This document shows, piece after piece, positions 19,986 through 28,942 of a stretch of DNA of 64,000 bases. How positions within the stretch are numbered: the stretch's first letter is position 1; each line of letters begins with the position of its first letter. A program made the position numbers and the translations under genes. Location of the stretch: contig OZ246397.1 in the NCBI GenBank assembly GCA_965230945.1, positions 175,701 to 239,700 on the forward strand. Direction: 5' to 3'. The stretch is from an uncultured Gammaproteobacteria bacterium (lineage in GTDB: Bacteria; Patescibacteriota; Microgenomatia; PFEM01; JAPLYW01). Below the pieces are notes generated by a model that saw nothing but the letters and a program-made list of their open reading frames with translations, did no database searches and was not told where the DNA came from.

Positions 19986-20660
19986 ATGAAAATAGATATT
20001 CTTACTCTCTTTCCAGAAATGTTTAAAGGACCTTTTTCTGAGTCTATTATTAAAAGGGCTCAAGAAAAAAATCTTGTTAAGATAAAAATTCATAATCTAA
20101 GGAATTGGTCCAAAGACAAGCATAAAACTGTTGACGATCACCCCTTTGGAGGTGGTATAGGGATGATTTTAATGATCGAACCTATCTATAAAGCAATAAA
20201 AGAACTTAGAAAAAAAGATAGTAAGGTAATCCTTCTAACACCTCAAGGAAAGGTCCTTAAACAAAAAACATCCAAAAGACTATCAAAAGAAAAACATCTT
20301 ATCTTCATCTGTGGCCATTATGAAGGGATTGATGAAAGGGTAAAGGAATATCTCGTTGATGAAGAAGTTTCTATTGGTGATTATGTTTTAACTGGTGGAG
20401 AACTGCCAGCGATGGTAGTTATTGATTCAATCGTTAGATTAGTTCCCAAAGTATTAAGTAAAAAAGAGGCTATCGAATCTGAATCTTTTTCTCTTAAAGA
20501 ACTTCTCGAATATCCCCAATACACTCGACCAGCTAATTTTAAAGGCTGGCAAGTACCTGAAATTCTCCTTTCGGGAAATCACAAAAAAATAAAAGACTGG
20601 AGAAAGAAAAAAGCCCTAGAAAAAACAAAAAACAATAGACCAGACTTAATTAAAAAGTAG
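19986..20660 (+). CDS. trmD: tRNA (guanine37-N1)-methyltransferase
   Basis: MKIDILTLFPEMF...DDHPFGGGIGMILMIEP...SIGDYVLTGGELPAMVVIDS, a full TrmD signature. Confidence 0.9.
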   Translation: MKIDILTLFPEMFKGPFSESIIKRAQEKNLVKIKIHNLRNWSKDKHKTVDDHPFGGGIGMILMIEPIYKAIKELRKKDSKVILLTPQGKVLKQKTSKRLSKEKHLIFICGHYEGIDERVKEYLVDEEVSIGDYVLTGGELPAMVVIDSIVRLVPKVLSKKEAIESESFSLKELLEYPQYTRPANFKGWQVPEILLSGNHKKIKDWRKKKALEKTKNNRPDLIKK

Positions 20661-20677
20661 TTTAATTAATTAAACTA
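20658..20677. repeat. perfect 20-bp AT-rich palindrome TAGTTTAATTAATTAAACTA spanning the stop codons of two convergent genes
   Basis: The sequence equals its own reverse complement. The TAG of trmD and the TAG (minus strand) of 20675..21181 form its two ends. Possible bidirectional terminator. Confidence 0.5.
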
Positions 20678-21181
20678 GGTATGTCTGTCGGCAACTACAA
20701 AGGCTCCGTAAGATTCTGGCTTTGTTTTAGCAGCAAATCCGTTCCCATTGACCATACCTACAACTTCTTTAATCATTTCCCTGGTTGGACCAACATCACC
20801 AACATCAATGTGAATTTCTAGCTTATATCTTTCGCCATTCAATCTCTTGGTAAATCCGGGAACTAATTTTTCAGCCATTCTTATAGAAAGCCATGTTTCC
20901 GTATAAATCTTGTCTCTTAAACTACCGATTTTGTCAATCTTGTTTTTTTGCCAGAAATAACAACCGCCTTTTCCTTTTCGATACAAAACCACCGCCGTTA
21001 TAAAATTAATTTTCTCTTTGGCATCGGGTTTACCTGACTTAGAATCTGTCCCAATAATTAAGCTATAGAAGTAGTCTTTTTCCTCTCTCATAAAAGTCAC
21101 TAAACTATCTACCATCTCATCGATGTTTAATTTACCTTTAGTTGGACTTATAAAAGAATCCTTTAACATAAACTCTGGCAA
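20675..21181 (-). CDS. YkuK/DUF458-like RNase-H-fold protein (tentative)
   Basis: 168 aa with an IIGTDSKSG motif resembling the YkuK family. No other diagnostic feature. Confidence 0.4.
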   Translation of the reverse strand: MPEFMLKDSFISPTKGKLNIDEMVDSLVTFMREEKDYFYSLIIGTDSKSGKPDAKEKINFITAVVLYRKGKGGCYFWQKNKIDKIGSLRDKIYTETWLSIRMAEKLVPGFTKRLNGERYKLEIHIDVGDVGPTREMIKEVVGMVNGNGFAAKTKPESYGAFVVADRHT

Positions 21182-21226
21182 GTTACTGTCCTATTATACC
21201 ATTAAAGAGAGCCAAAAGAGAAGTTG

Positions 21227-21475
21227 TTAACTTCTTAATAAAAGAAAGATGACAATTACACAGGCAATAGCAGCCACAATTACGTATTCCCAAATAATAC
21301 GCCAATGGAAATCCTTCTTTATAAGATGATAGGTAAGTCCCCAAATCACATAGGCAATCCCCAATCCGATGGTAATAAAAACCTGAATTTGACGATTAAA
21401 ATTAAAAATCCAAAAAAGGCCAAAACCAATTGAGAGAAAAGCTAATAATGATAAATAATGTTTCAAATCTTTCAT
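21227..21475 (-). CDS. small membrane protein (2-3 TM)
   Basis: 82-aa hydrophobic ORF immediately upstream of and co-oriented with the CAP-domain gene. Confidence 0.3.
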   Translation of the reverse strand: MKDLKHYLSLLAFLSIGFGLFWIFNFNRQIQVFITIGLGIAYVIWGLTYHLIKKDFHWRIIWEYVIVAAIACVIVIFLLLRS

Positions 21476-21476
21476 A

Positions 21477-22445
21477 TTAAAGTATGGCTCCCGGTGTTGT
21501 TAAAATAGCTGATAATAACAAAGCACCAATAAAAATTAAATGAGCTAAATTTTTACCAGATAAACGAACTATTCTCCTTCGATAAACTAAAACCACATCA
21601 AGCAATAAAGCGCCTAGGATAAGCCCCAATAAAAAGATGGCAATAGTTTTGGTTAACATAAAAGGTGAAAACAAAGGAGGACTACTGACTTCTCCTCTGC
21701 TTTGGGCTAAAGCCACCCTTGATAAAGAAGTTGTTTGCCCCACAGTTTGTTGCTCAGGTTCTCTTTGGGTTTCTTGCGTCTCAGCTATCATCTTTGCCGA
21801 TGGTGTAGGCGTAGCTGCAGGTATTAAACTAGCTGTTTGTTGAGAGGGAACGGTTTGTTTTTGAGCTGTAGCTGCAGGAGTGGGCGTACCAAATAATTCA
21901 ACTACCAAAGTAGTCTCTACTCCATTTAAAGTCCCATTAACTACCGATAAGCCGATTTCTTTGTAATTTCCATTTAGAAGGTTATCTCTGTGTGTAGGCG
22001 AATTCATCCAAGCCTCAACGACTGAATCTGAATTCATAAAATCTTTGGCTAAATTTTCGCCAGCATAAAGGTAGTGATAACCAACTTCTTTAAAAAAAGA
22101 CCAGGGACTTCTGCCTGAAGGAGAAATATGAGCCCAATAGTCAAAAGCAAACATATCACCAGCTTTCCTCTGGGCCGCCTCATTAAGCTGGTTATTAATC
22201 ACTAAAGGAGACAAGCCATCTTCAGCCCGTTTTTGATTGGTAAGCTCAATTACTCTTTCTGGGGTAATGTTAGAGGCAAAGCCTAAAACGGAGGGAGAAA
22301 CTAAAAGATAAAAATTTAAGGCAAACTGTCCAAACAAAAAAAGAACTACTATTAAAGATAATACTGAAGGGTGAAGAATTCTAGCCCGACAGTTATTAGT
22401 ATGGTGAGGAATAAAAAGATGCCTCAACCAACCGGTCAAGTTCAT
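21477..22445 (-). CDS. CAP/SCP/PR-1 domain secreted protein with Thr/Gln-rich linker and C-terminal TM anchor
   Basis: ...EAAQRKAGDMFAFDYWAHISPSGRSPWSFFKEVGYHYLYAGENLAKDF...VVEAWMNSPTHRDNLLNGNYKEIG, the CAP-domain signature. Confidence 0.65.
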   Translation of the reverse strand: MNLTGWLRHLFIPHHTNNCRARILHPSVLSLIVVLFLFGQFALNFYLLVSPSVLGFASNITPERVIELTNQKRAEDGLSPLVINNQLNEAAQRKAGDMFAFDYWAHISPSGRSPWSFFKEVGYHYLYAGENLAKDFMNSDSVVEAWMNSPTHRDNLLNGNYKEIGLSVVNGTLNGVETTLVVELFGTPTPAATAQKQTVPSQQTASLIPAATPTPSAKMIAETQETQREPEQQTVGQTTSLSRVALAQSRGEVSSPPLFSPFMLTKTIAIFLLGLILGALLLDVVLVYRRRIVRLSGKNLAHLIFIGALLLSAILTTPGAIL

Positions 22446-22643
22446 ATTATTTTATTGTAGGCTTAATTGAAAGATGAAGTCAAGAGAATTAGCTTAGATT
22501 AAGGCTCTATTTCTTTTTCTTCTCCTTAATTCTCTCGACAACTACCAATTTTAAAGTTTTAAGGCGGTGCAGAAACCTGGCAAGCCGGATTTACTTACAA
22601 CTAAAAAGTCTCTGCATCACCAAAAAACCATCAAAATTTTGAC

Positions 22644-22668
22644 ACAAAAAAACCGGACTTATTCCGGC
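22644..22668 (-). terminator. rho-independent terminator of galE (minus strand)
   Basis: On the minus strand: CCGGA-ATAAG-TCCGG hairpin followed by a U run (plus strand AAAAAAAACCGGACTTATTCCGG). Confidence 0.55.
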
Positions 22669-22716
22669 TTATTAATTAAATTAAAAGGGAATCAGAAGGA
22701 TGTGTCAAGTCCTAAA

Positions 22717-23712
22717 TTAAGAAGTGTAGCCATTAGGATGAGACTTATGCCACTTCCAAGCAGACTCAATAATAGTTCTTAAATCAGAATATTTAGACTG
22801 CCAACCCAATTCTTTTTTAATCTTTTCTGCCCTGGCAATCAGCTGGCTAGGATCACCAGCTCTACGAGAACCAAAAGGTGAATTAAAATCAATACCACTT
22901 ATCTTCTTAACCATCTTAACCACTTCTAAAACAGAAAAACCTTTACCAGCACCAACATTATAAGCATTAAAGCCATTCTTTCCTTTATCAAAAGATTTCA
23001 AAGCGGCAATATGAGCTTCAGCTAAATCAAGAACATGAATATAATCCCTAATACATGTTCCATCAGGGGTTTGGTAGTCATTACCGAAAATCTTAAATTC
23101 TTTTCTTTTCCCCAAAGCCGCTTGAATAGCTAAAGGAATCAAATGACTTTCTGGTTGATGATCTTCACCCAATGATCCATCTAAAGCAGCCCCACAGGCA
23201 TTAAAATAACGCAAGGCTGCTGAAGATAAACCGCGACATTGGCCATACCACTTTAAAGCTTTTTCTACCATCAATTTCGACTCACCATAAGGATTAGTTG
23301 GCTCTTTGGGATCCCTCTCATCAATGGGAATTTTCTTAGGCTCTCCATAAACAGCCGCTGTTGAAGAAAGAACGAATTTCATTACTTTGTTCTTCATCAT
23401 CATCTTTAAAATATTTAAACTACCCAAGGTATTGTTTAAAAAATACTTTTGGGGATTTTCCATAGATTCGCCCACCAAACTCCAAGCCGCAAAATGAATT
23501 ACCGCTTGAGGTTTTTCCTCTTTAAAAATCTTATCTAATAAAAGGGTGTCTGTTTTGGAGTCGCCAATATAGAGCTTCGTTACTGGGATAGATTGTTTAT
23601 GTCCAGTGCCTAAATTATCAAAAACAATCGGTTCATAACCCGCCTCTTTTAAGGCTCTAACAGTAATACTGCCAATATAACCGGCACCGCCACTAACAAG
23701 AACTTTTATCAT
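22717..23712 (-). CDS. galE: UDP-glucose 4-epimerase
   Basis: MIKVLVSGGAGYIGS Rossmann motif, YxxxK, end-to-end GalE similarity. Start placed at MIKVLV, not at the upstream Met of the ORF track. Confidence 0.85.
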   Translation of the reverse strand: MIKVLVSGGAGYIGSITVRALKEAGYEPIVFDNLGTGHKQSIPVTKLYIGDSKTDTLLLDKIFKEEKPQAVIHFAAWSLVGESMENPQKYFLNNTLGSLNILKMMMKNKVMKFVLSSTAAVYGEPKKIPIDERDPKEPTNPYGESKLMVEKALKWYGQCRGLSSAALRYFNACGAALDGSLGEDHQPESHLIPLAIQAALGKRKEFKIFGNDYQTPDGTCIRDYIHVLDLAEAHIAALKSFDKGKNGFNAYNVGAGKGFSVLEVVKMVKKISGIDFNSPFGSRRAGDPSQLIARAEKIKKELGWQSKYSDLRTIIESAWKWHKSHPNGYTS

Positions 23713-23998
23713 ACTTAGGTGATAATAATTGTCGCTTACCATTAACAGGGATGTCAAGAGCCCAGCCTAAAATATTGGCTACGGAAACCCCCACCCTTAA
23801 ACCAGTAAAAGACCCCGGTCCCAAATTAACTTCGATTTCTTTAATATCCTTAATCGTTTTCTTTTTCTTTTTTAAAACCTTATCAATTAAAACCAATAGC
23901 TTTTGAGATTTATGATCCTTTGTCTCAAACTCATAAATCTGGTCATTTAAACCAACCTTGGTTTTAAAACTATCAGCAGTGTTTATATAAAGTTTCAT
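23693..23998 (-). CDS. tsaB: TsaB (YeaZ)-like N-terminal domain protein, t6A pathway
   Basis: GPGSFTGLRVGVSVANILGWALDIPV motif. Truncated relative to classical TsaB. Confidence 0.55.
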   Translation of the reverse strand: MKLYINTADSFKTKVGLNDQIYEFETKDHKSQKLLVLIDKVLKKKKKTIKDIKEIEVNLGPGSFTGLRVGVSVANILGWALDIPVNGKRQLLSPKYDKSSC

Positions 23999-24429
23999 TT
24001 TTCTTTAATAACAATTTTTCTTTTATTAGGCCCTAAATAACTAAAGAAAATATCAATTCTTTTTTTAGGCAACATCTTTTTAATCTTTCCCGCCCACTCG
24101 ACAACGACAATGGCTTTTTTATCAGCAAACATTTCCTGAAGGCCAAGATGCAAAGCTTCCTTTAATTTTTCAATCCGATACAAATCAATGTGATAAAAAT
24201 TGGCCGCTAAATTCTCTTTTTTGAAAATTGGGTATTCTTTAACAAAGACAAAAGTAGGCGAAATAACTCTTCTTTTTACCCCTAAACCCTTAGCCAAACC
24301 TTGTAAAAAAGTGGTCTTGCCACTGCCTAAATCTCCATAAAGAGCTATTATCTTTTTGGGCTTTAACCTATGCCCCATTTCTTCGCCCAAACTTTGAGTT
24401 TCTCTGGCGTTTTTGGTAATAATCTCCAT
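23995..24429 (-). CDS. tsaE: tRNA threonylcarbamoyladenosine biosynthesis ATPase TsaE
   Basis: [22 protein letters not shown]...[11 protein letters not shown]...HIDLYRIE. Confidence 0.8.
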   Translation of the reverse strand: MEIITKNARETQSLGEEMGHRLKPKKIIALYGDLGSGKTTFLQGLAKGLGVKRRVISPTFVFVKEYPIFKKENLAANFYHIDLYRIEKLKEALHLGLQEMFADKKAIVVVEWAGKIKKMLPKKRIDIFFSYLGPNKRKIVIKEK

Positions 24430-24776
24430 ATAATTAAAAATCCTAAAAAGACTCCCAAGATATCAACGAGTAAGTCTTTTAACTGAAAAACCCGGGTAGG
24501 CACAAATAACTGATGGCTTTCATCAGAAAAACCATATAATGAACCTAGCCAAAAAGGAAGCCAAAAATTCTTTTTTGTTTTCCCAGAATTCAAAGCTCTA
24601 AAAAAAAGACCATATAAAATGGCATAAAACAAGCCATGAATAGAACTTCTAATAATCTCGTCCCAAAATGGATCTTCAGATGCCCTTAAATTTTGGATCG
24701 AAGAAAGATAAAAAATCAAACCACACCATAAAAGCACCGGTAACCAAAGACTAACTATCGACTTTACTTTCTTCAT
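24363..24776 (-). CDS. VanZ-like membrane protein
   Basis: Four TM helices, FSDESHQLFVPTRVFQLKDLLVDILG, the VanZ family pattern. The 3' end overlaps tsaE by 67 nt. Confidence 0.5.
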   Translation of the reverse strand: MKKVKSIVSLWLPVLLWCGLIFYLSSIQNLRASEDPFWDEIIRSSIHGLFYAILYGLFFRALNSGKTKKNFWLPFWLGSLYGFSDESHQLFVPTRVFQLKDLLVDILGVFLGFLIIWRLLPKTPEKLKVWAKKWGIG

Positions 24777-24782
24777 TAAAAC

Positions 24783-25613
24783 TCAATCTTCTTGGTAATG
24801 TTTTAAATTATACCACACCCAAAAGCCGGCAACTAAAAGTAAAACCAACCCTACCACTAAAAAAACCTTAGGTAAAAAATCTAAAGAACTATCCTCCAAT
24901 TCTTCTTCTAAATCAGCACTTTGTGTTGTTTCCAACGGATAAAAACCACCCGATTCTGAAGATTGGTTGCCTAAAATTTCTCCTGAAAGAGTAGCTGAAA
25001 TACTAACTGCCTTAAGTGTTAGTGTTGGAGTAGTTGTCTTTGGGGTAACTGTCGACGTCGGCGTGGGTGTTTTGGTAGATGTTGGTGTCAGTGGCTTTGA
25101 AGTTGGAGAAGGCGATGGGATAGGAGTTGAAGTCGGGGTTGGGGTAGGAGTTGGGCAAAGATCTTCTTGTGCGCCGTTATTAGAAACCCCTTGTGTGTTA
25201 TCGAGAAAACGCACTATAGACGAGCCACCATCTGGAAACCGACCTATAGACCCACTTCCGGTAGGTGTGCATAACCCACCAGCGCTTCCGTATGGCATTT
25301 CTTCTAACAATTCCTCCTTCTCTCCGACTACTCTTATCAGCTTTACTACATCTCCATCATTGTTTAACCAATTTGAAAAAGTAACCACTTGGAATTCCCT
25401 TGCGCCAAGTTCACCCGATAAGTCTTTTTTATTAGAGCTGGTCGAATCCCCTATCCGAAAGCCTGAAAGCTGAGCCGATACCGTTCCTGTATTATAAATT
25501 TCAACCCAATCAGTGGTTGTTCCAGAAGAAAATTCATTAATTACCATTTCTGCCGAAACTTGCTTAGGAAAAATAAAAAAGAAAATTAAAAATAATAATA
25601 ATTTTTTAGTCAT
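24783..25613 (-). CDS. secreted lamin-tail-domain (LTD) protein with Pro/Thr-rich stalk and C-terminal TM anchor
   Basis: Signal peptide, VINEFSSGTTTDWVEIYNTG...GFRIGDS (LTD), about 45 aa of PTPTPTSTP... and a hydrophobic C-terminus. The start is the ATG one codon inside the listed ORF. Confidence 0.55.
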   Translation of the reverse strand: MTKKLLLFLIFFFIFPKQVSAEMVINEFSSGTTTDWVEIYNTGTVSAQLSGFRIGDSTSSNKKDLSGELGAREFQVVTFSNWLNNDGDVVKLIRVVGEKEELLEEMPYGSAGGLCTPTGSGSIGRFPDGGSSIVRFLDNTQGVSNNGAQEDLCPTPTPTPTSTPIPSPSPTSKPLTPTSTKTPTPTSTVTPKTTTPTLTLKAVSISATLSGEILGNQSSESGGFYPLETTQSADLEEELEDSSLDFLPKVFLVVGLVLLLVAGFWVWYNLKHYQED

Positions 25614-25638
25614 CAAAAAAACCGGATTTAATCCGGCT
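25614..25638 (-). terminator. rho-independent terminator after the ftsEX-M23 operon
   Basis: Minus strand CCGGA-TTAAA-TCCGG hairpin plus a U7 run. Nearly identical to the galE terminator. Confidence 0.55.
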
Positions 25639-25674
25639 TGTCTAACAAGAATAATTTATATTATTTATAACATA

Positions 25675-26874
25675 TTATTGTAAATGTAGATAAAGAGTCA
25701 TTTTCCCGTTGGGATGGAAAACACGAACGTTATTACCCATCGACTCCTGTCCCCTATAAAAGTAAGCCTCTCCTTCCTCGATAGCACGAACTAAAACATT
25801 GGCGCTATCAACCATATCCACTCCATGATGAAAATTATATCCTTTATACATCCAAGAATAAGGTGTATGCCCAAAGCATTGCGTAATCCGAGGATTATTC
25901 AATGGCCAATCTTTAGAACCAGAACCAACAGACCTCATTTGACTCGAAGAAATATCGTCACAAGAATACGAATCAAACAAAACTGTTCGGTTAGATAAAT
26001 AGCTAAAAGGATCTAAAACTCTCGAGTAGTAATCAAAACTGTTCGCTTCTGACTCCTTAATTTCATAAACACCAAAATGCAAATGAGGCCCAGTAGAAAA
26101 ACCAGTGTTACCCATCAGGCCAATAACCTCACCTTTATTCACATGTCTCTTTTCGCTAAACTTGGAATTTAAAAGAGCTTGGAGCTCCTTCTGTGCTTCA
26201 TTTAAAAGAGTTTGATATCTTTTTTCGCTATTTTGTGTTACTTCAAGTAGGGAAGCTCTCTCTTGTCGATGCCGATTCAATAAAGCTCTTTGCAATTCCA
26301 ACTTCTTCTTGGCTATCTCTAATTCCTCCTGCTTTTCTTCCTTGAGAGTTTTTTGTTCATCAAAATTTATTCTGACTGTTTCTAGCTGAACCATTAAATT
26401 CCTGTCGTGTAATTGAACAACCTTCAGATATTTATAACGACTAACAAAATTAGAAAATGAATCCGAAGAAAAAAATAAATTAACAATATTAACCCTGCCT
26501 TTTTTATAAGTAGCCACAATCCTCTCTAATAAAATCTCTGACAGTTTATCTAATGAGATATCCAAACGACCAATCTTATCTGATAAATCAGCTATTTCCT
26601 CTTCTAGTTTTTCAATCTGCTTAGTTGTTTGGAAAACCTGGGCGGAAGTAATAGCGATACTGGCATCTATTTGGGTTAATTCCCGTTTTAAAGACTTCGC
26701 TCTCTGACTTGTTTCACTTTTCAAACCACTCCATAAATCGATACACTCGTTTATATGATCCTTCCAACTAGAATCACATTCGGACTCGGTAATCGCCAAA
26801 GAAACACCAAAGAAACAAGTAATAAAAAGAAAAAAAATAAGAAAGGCAGTAAAAAATTTAAGAAGAAACTTCAT
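25675..26874 (-). CDS. coiled-coil M23 (LytM-type) metallopeptidase, EnvC/PcsB-like FtsEX partner; catalytic domain appears circularly permuted
   Basis: Signal/TM, then about 200 aa of heptad-rich sequence. GEVIGLMGNTGFSTGPHLHFGV (the canonical C-terminal M23 motif) then precedes YNFHHGVDM...GNNVRVFHPNGKMTLYLHL (the canonical N-terminal HxxxD half) by about 90 residues. The protein ends right after it. Confidence 0.7.
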   Translation of the reverse strand: MKFLLKFFTAFLIFFLFITCFFGVSLAITESECDSSWKDHINECIDLWSGLKSETSQRAKSLKRELTQIDASIAITSAQVFQTTKQIEKLEEEIADLSDKIGRLDISLDKLSEILLERIVATYKKGRVNIVNLFFSSDSFSNFVSRYKYLKVVQLHDRNLMVQLETVRINFDEQKTLKEEKQEELEIAKKKLELQRALLNRHRQERASLLEVTQNSEKRYQTLLNEAQKELQALLNSKFSEKRHVNKGEVIGLMGNTGFSTGPHLHFGVYEIKESEANSFDYYSRVLDPFSYLSNRTVLFDSYSCDDISSSQMRSVGSGSKDWPLNNPRITQCFGHTPYSWMYKGYNFHHGVDMVDSANVLVRAIEEGEAYFYRGQESMGNNVRVFHPNGKMTLYLHLQ

Positions 26875-26875
26875 T

Positions 26876-27745
26876 CTATTTAAGATAACGTCTAACGGCA
26901 ATTAAACTGCCTAAGGAGCCAATGATAATACCAGCTAAAATTTCAAGGCCCAAAATAATTAACATAAAGATCACCGGTACCGGCAAAATGGGAATTCCTG
27001 TTAAGAACTGAACTACAAAGGGAGTGGCATACAAAAGCAAAATGTAAGATGAGCCCCAAGCTATAACTGCCCCGGTAATTCCATATAAAATCCCTTCTAA
27101 AACAAAAGGGGCTCTAATATAAGAATTTGAGGCTCCGATTAATTGCAGAATTTCAATTTCCGATTTCCTAATGGTAATCTTCATGCCAATAATAACCAAA
27201 ATAACCAAAAGGGAGACCAAGCTTAAAACGCTAATCAAGCCGATGCCCACCTTTCTTATGATTCCGGTCCAGCGATACAACGCTTCAACGACGTCTTCTT
27301 GAAAAACCACCTCTTCAACCATACTTTCACTTCTTAATAGAGCCGCCACCTGCTCTATATCAGTAATGTTGGTAATAGATACCTCTAGTGAAGCTGGCAA
27401 AATATTAGCTGTTACCATTTCCAACAGCAAAGGTTCATCCTTATTCTGTTCTTTATAAATCTGTAAAGCTTCTTCTTTAGAAATATATTTAGTCTCCTTA
27501 ACTCTGTTTGTTTGCGCCAATTTAGCCTTAAGATTATCTATTTGCTGGAGGGTAGCTTCATCTTTGAAAAAAGCAGTTACTTGAGGTCGGCTTTCAAAAT
27601 AACGCAAAACAGTCTGCGAACCCCCAGCAGCCAGCACAAAAACCGTGGCCATAAAAAAAGTCAAAAACATAATCAGCACCGCCGCCAAAGACTGATAAGG
27701 CGAGCGTCTGATATGAGTCCAAGCTATTTTAAAATGTTCTTTCAT
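26876..27745 (-). CDS. ftsX: cell-division ABC transporter permease FtsX
   Basis: N-terminal cytoplasmic segment, one TM, a large periplasmic loop, three C-terminal TMs. Position between ftsE and the M23 gene. Confidence 0.8.
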   Translation of the reverse strand: MKEHFKIAWTHIRRSPYQSLAAVLIMFLTFFMATVFVLAAGGSQTVLRYFESRPQVTAFFKDEATLQQIDNLKAKLAQTNRVKETKYISKEEALQIYKEQNKDEPLLLEMVTANILPASLEVSITNITDIEQVAALLRSESMVEEVVFQEDVVEALYRWTGIIRKVGIGLISVLSLVSLLVILVIIGMKITIRKSEIEILQLIGASNSYIRAPFVLEGILYGITGAVIAWGSSYILLLYATPFVVQFLTGIPILPVPVIFMLIILGLEILAGIIIGSLGSLIAVRRYLK

Positions 27746-28422
27746 GAAATGTGATATTTTCCTTTCTTTTTATCAGAAACTACTTTACCTTTATCCAATT
27801 CAATAACGCGCTTGTTCATTGAATTAACGATTTCGAAATTATGAGTGGCCATAATAACTATTTTACCTGCTTCGTTAACTTTTTCAAAAATACCAACGAT
27901 TTGTCTGGCAATGCCAATATCAAGATTACCAGTCGGTTCATCGGCAATAAGAATATCAGGATCACCGACTACGGCCCTGGCTAAACAAGCCCGCTGCAAT
28001 TCTCCTCCAGATAACTGAGCCGGAAAAAAATCTCTTTTATCTTTAAGACCTGCCAATTCCAGAATACTACTAACACGTTCTTCAATATCCTCTTCCTTCT
28101 CTTTTAATAGTCTCAAAACTAAACCCACATTTTCAAAAACGGTGCGATCAGGCAACAACTTAAAATCTTGAAAAACAACACCAATAGCCTTTCTGTAGTC
28201 AGGAATTTGTTTTTTGCGAAGATCTTGAAGATTTAAACCATTAACGATAATAGTACCTTCCGTAGGTAAATATTCTCTCAAAATCAGCTTCACTAAAGTG
28301 CTTTTACCGGCCCCGGAAGGCCCAATCACAAAGACAAACTCACCCTTACTTATTTCAAAGCTAACTCGGTCAAGGGCAGTTGTCTCACCAAATTTTTTTG
28401 TGACATTATCTAATTTAAGCAT
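27742..28422 (-). CDS. ftsE: cell-division ABC transporter ATPase FtsE
   Basis: GPSGAGKST Walker A, LSGGELQR signature, ILIADEPTGNLD Walker B. Confidence 0.9.
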   Translation of the reverse strand: MLKLDNVTKKFGETTALDRVSFEISKGEFVFVIGPSGAGKSTLVKLILREYLPTEGTIIVNGLNLQDLRKKQIPDYRKAIGVVFQDFKLLPDRTVFENVGLVLRLLKEKEEDIEERVSSILELAGLKDKRDFFPAQLSGGELQRACLARAVVGDPDILIADEPTGNLDIGIARQIVGIFEKVNEAGKIVIMATHNFEIVNSMNKRVIELDKGKVVSDKKKGKYHIS

Positions 28423-28425
28423 TAA

Positions 28426-28926
28426 TTAAATTCCCTCAGGACAAGAATCTAAAACTTTTACCCGACCAATATCCATTAACCAACCCACCTTCTCACTGGA
28501 AAAAGTCTCTCCCCAAACCTGTACACATTTACCTGCAAATTGATTCAGATCTAAAACAGAACTCGTCAGATAAGCAGTCTGGCTAGGACCACCAGGACGA
28601 ATTAATTTATGACTTCCCTCCATAACTTCTCCATTATCATTAACCTCAATTTTTCCTTCAGCCGTATCTTTAAAAACTTTTTCATCTTTAATACCCACTT
28701 CCTTAGGACCCTGAATCATCTCAGCACCACCAATTAACTTTTTAGATTCTGTAACTGCAGTACCTCTCTTAGAAAACAAGTAGCCGGTCAAACTACCGAC
28801 ACCAATAATCAAAAGAATAGCCACAACGGGAATAATAACTTCTTTAAGAATTGGCTTCTTTCTCTTATCTGGAAAATCTTGAACTAGGTTGGGTTCCACT
28901 GTTTGTTTTTGCTCTTCCATACTCAC
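28426..28926 (-). CDS. membrane-anchored hypothetical protein
   Basis: 166 aa with a single N-terminal TM. No recognisable domain. Confidence 0.35.
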   Translation of the reverse strand: MSMEEQKQTVEPNLVQDFPDKRKKPILKEVIIPVVAILLIIGVGSLTGYLFSKRGTAVTESKKLIGGAEMIQGPKEVGIKDEKVFKDTAEGKIEVNDNGEVMEGSHKLIRPGGPSQTAYLTSSVLDLNQFAGKCVQVWGETFSSEKVGWLMDIGRVKVLDSCPEGI

Positions 28927-28942
28927 CTCCTTTAGTTATTTT

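Noticed and set aside
24967-25473. ORF-track CDS 24967..25473 (+) rich in GVGV
   Set aside because: Antisense translation of the Pro/Thr-repeat region of the LTD protein gene, an artefact of repetitive sequence.
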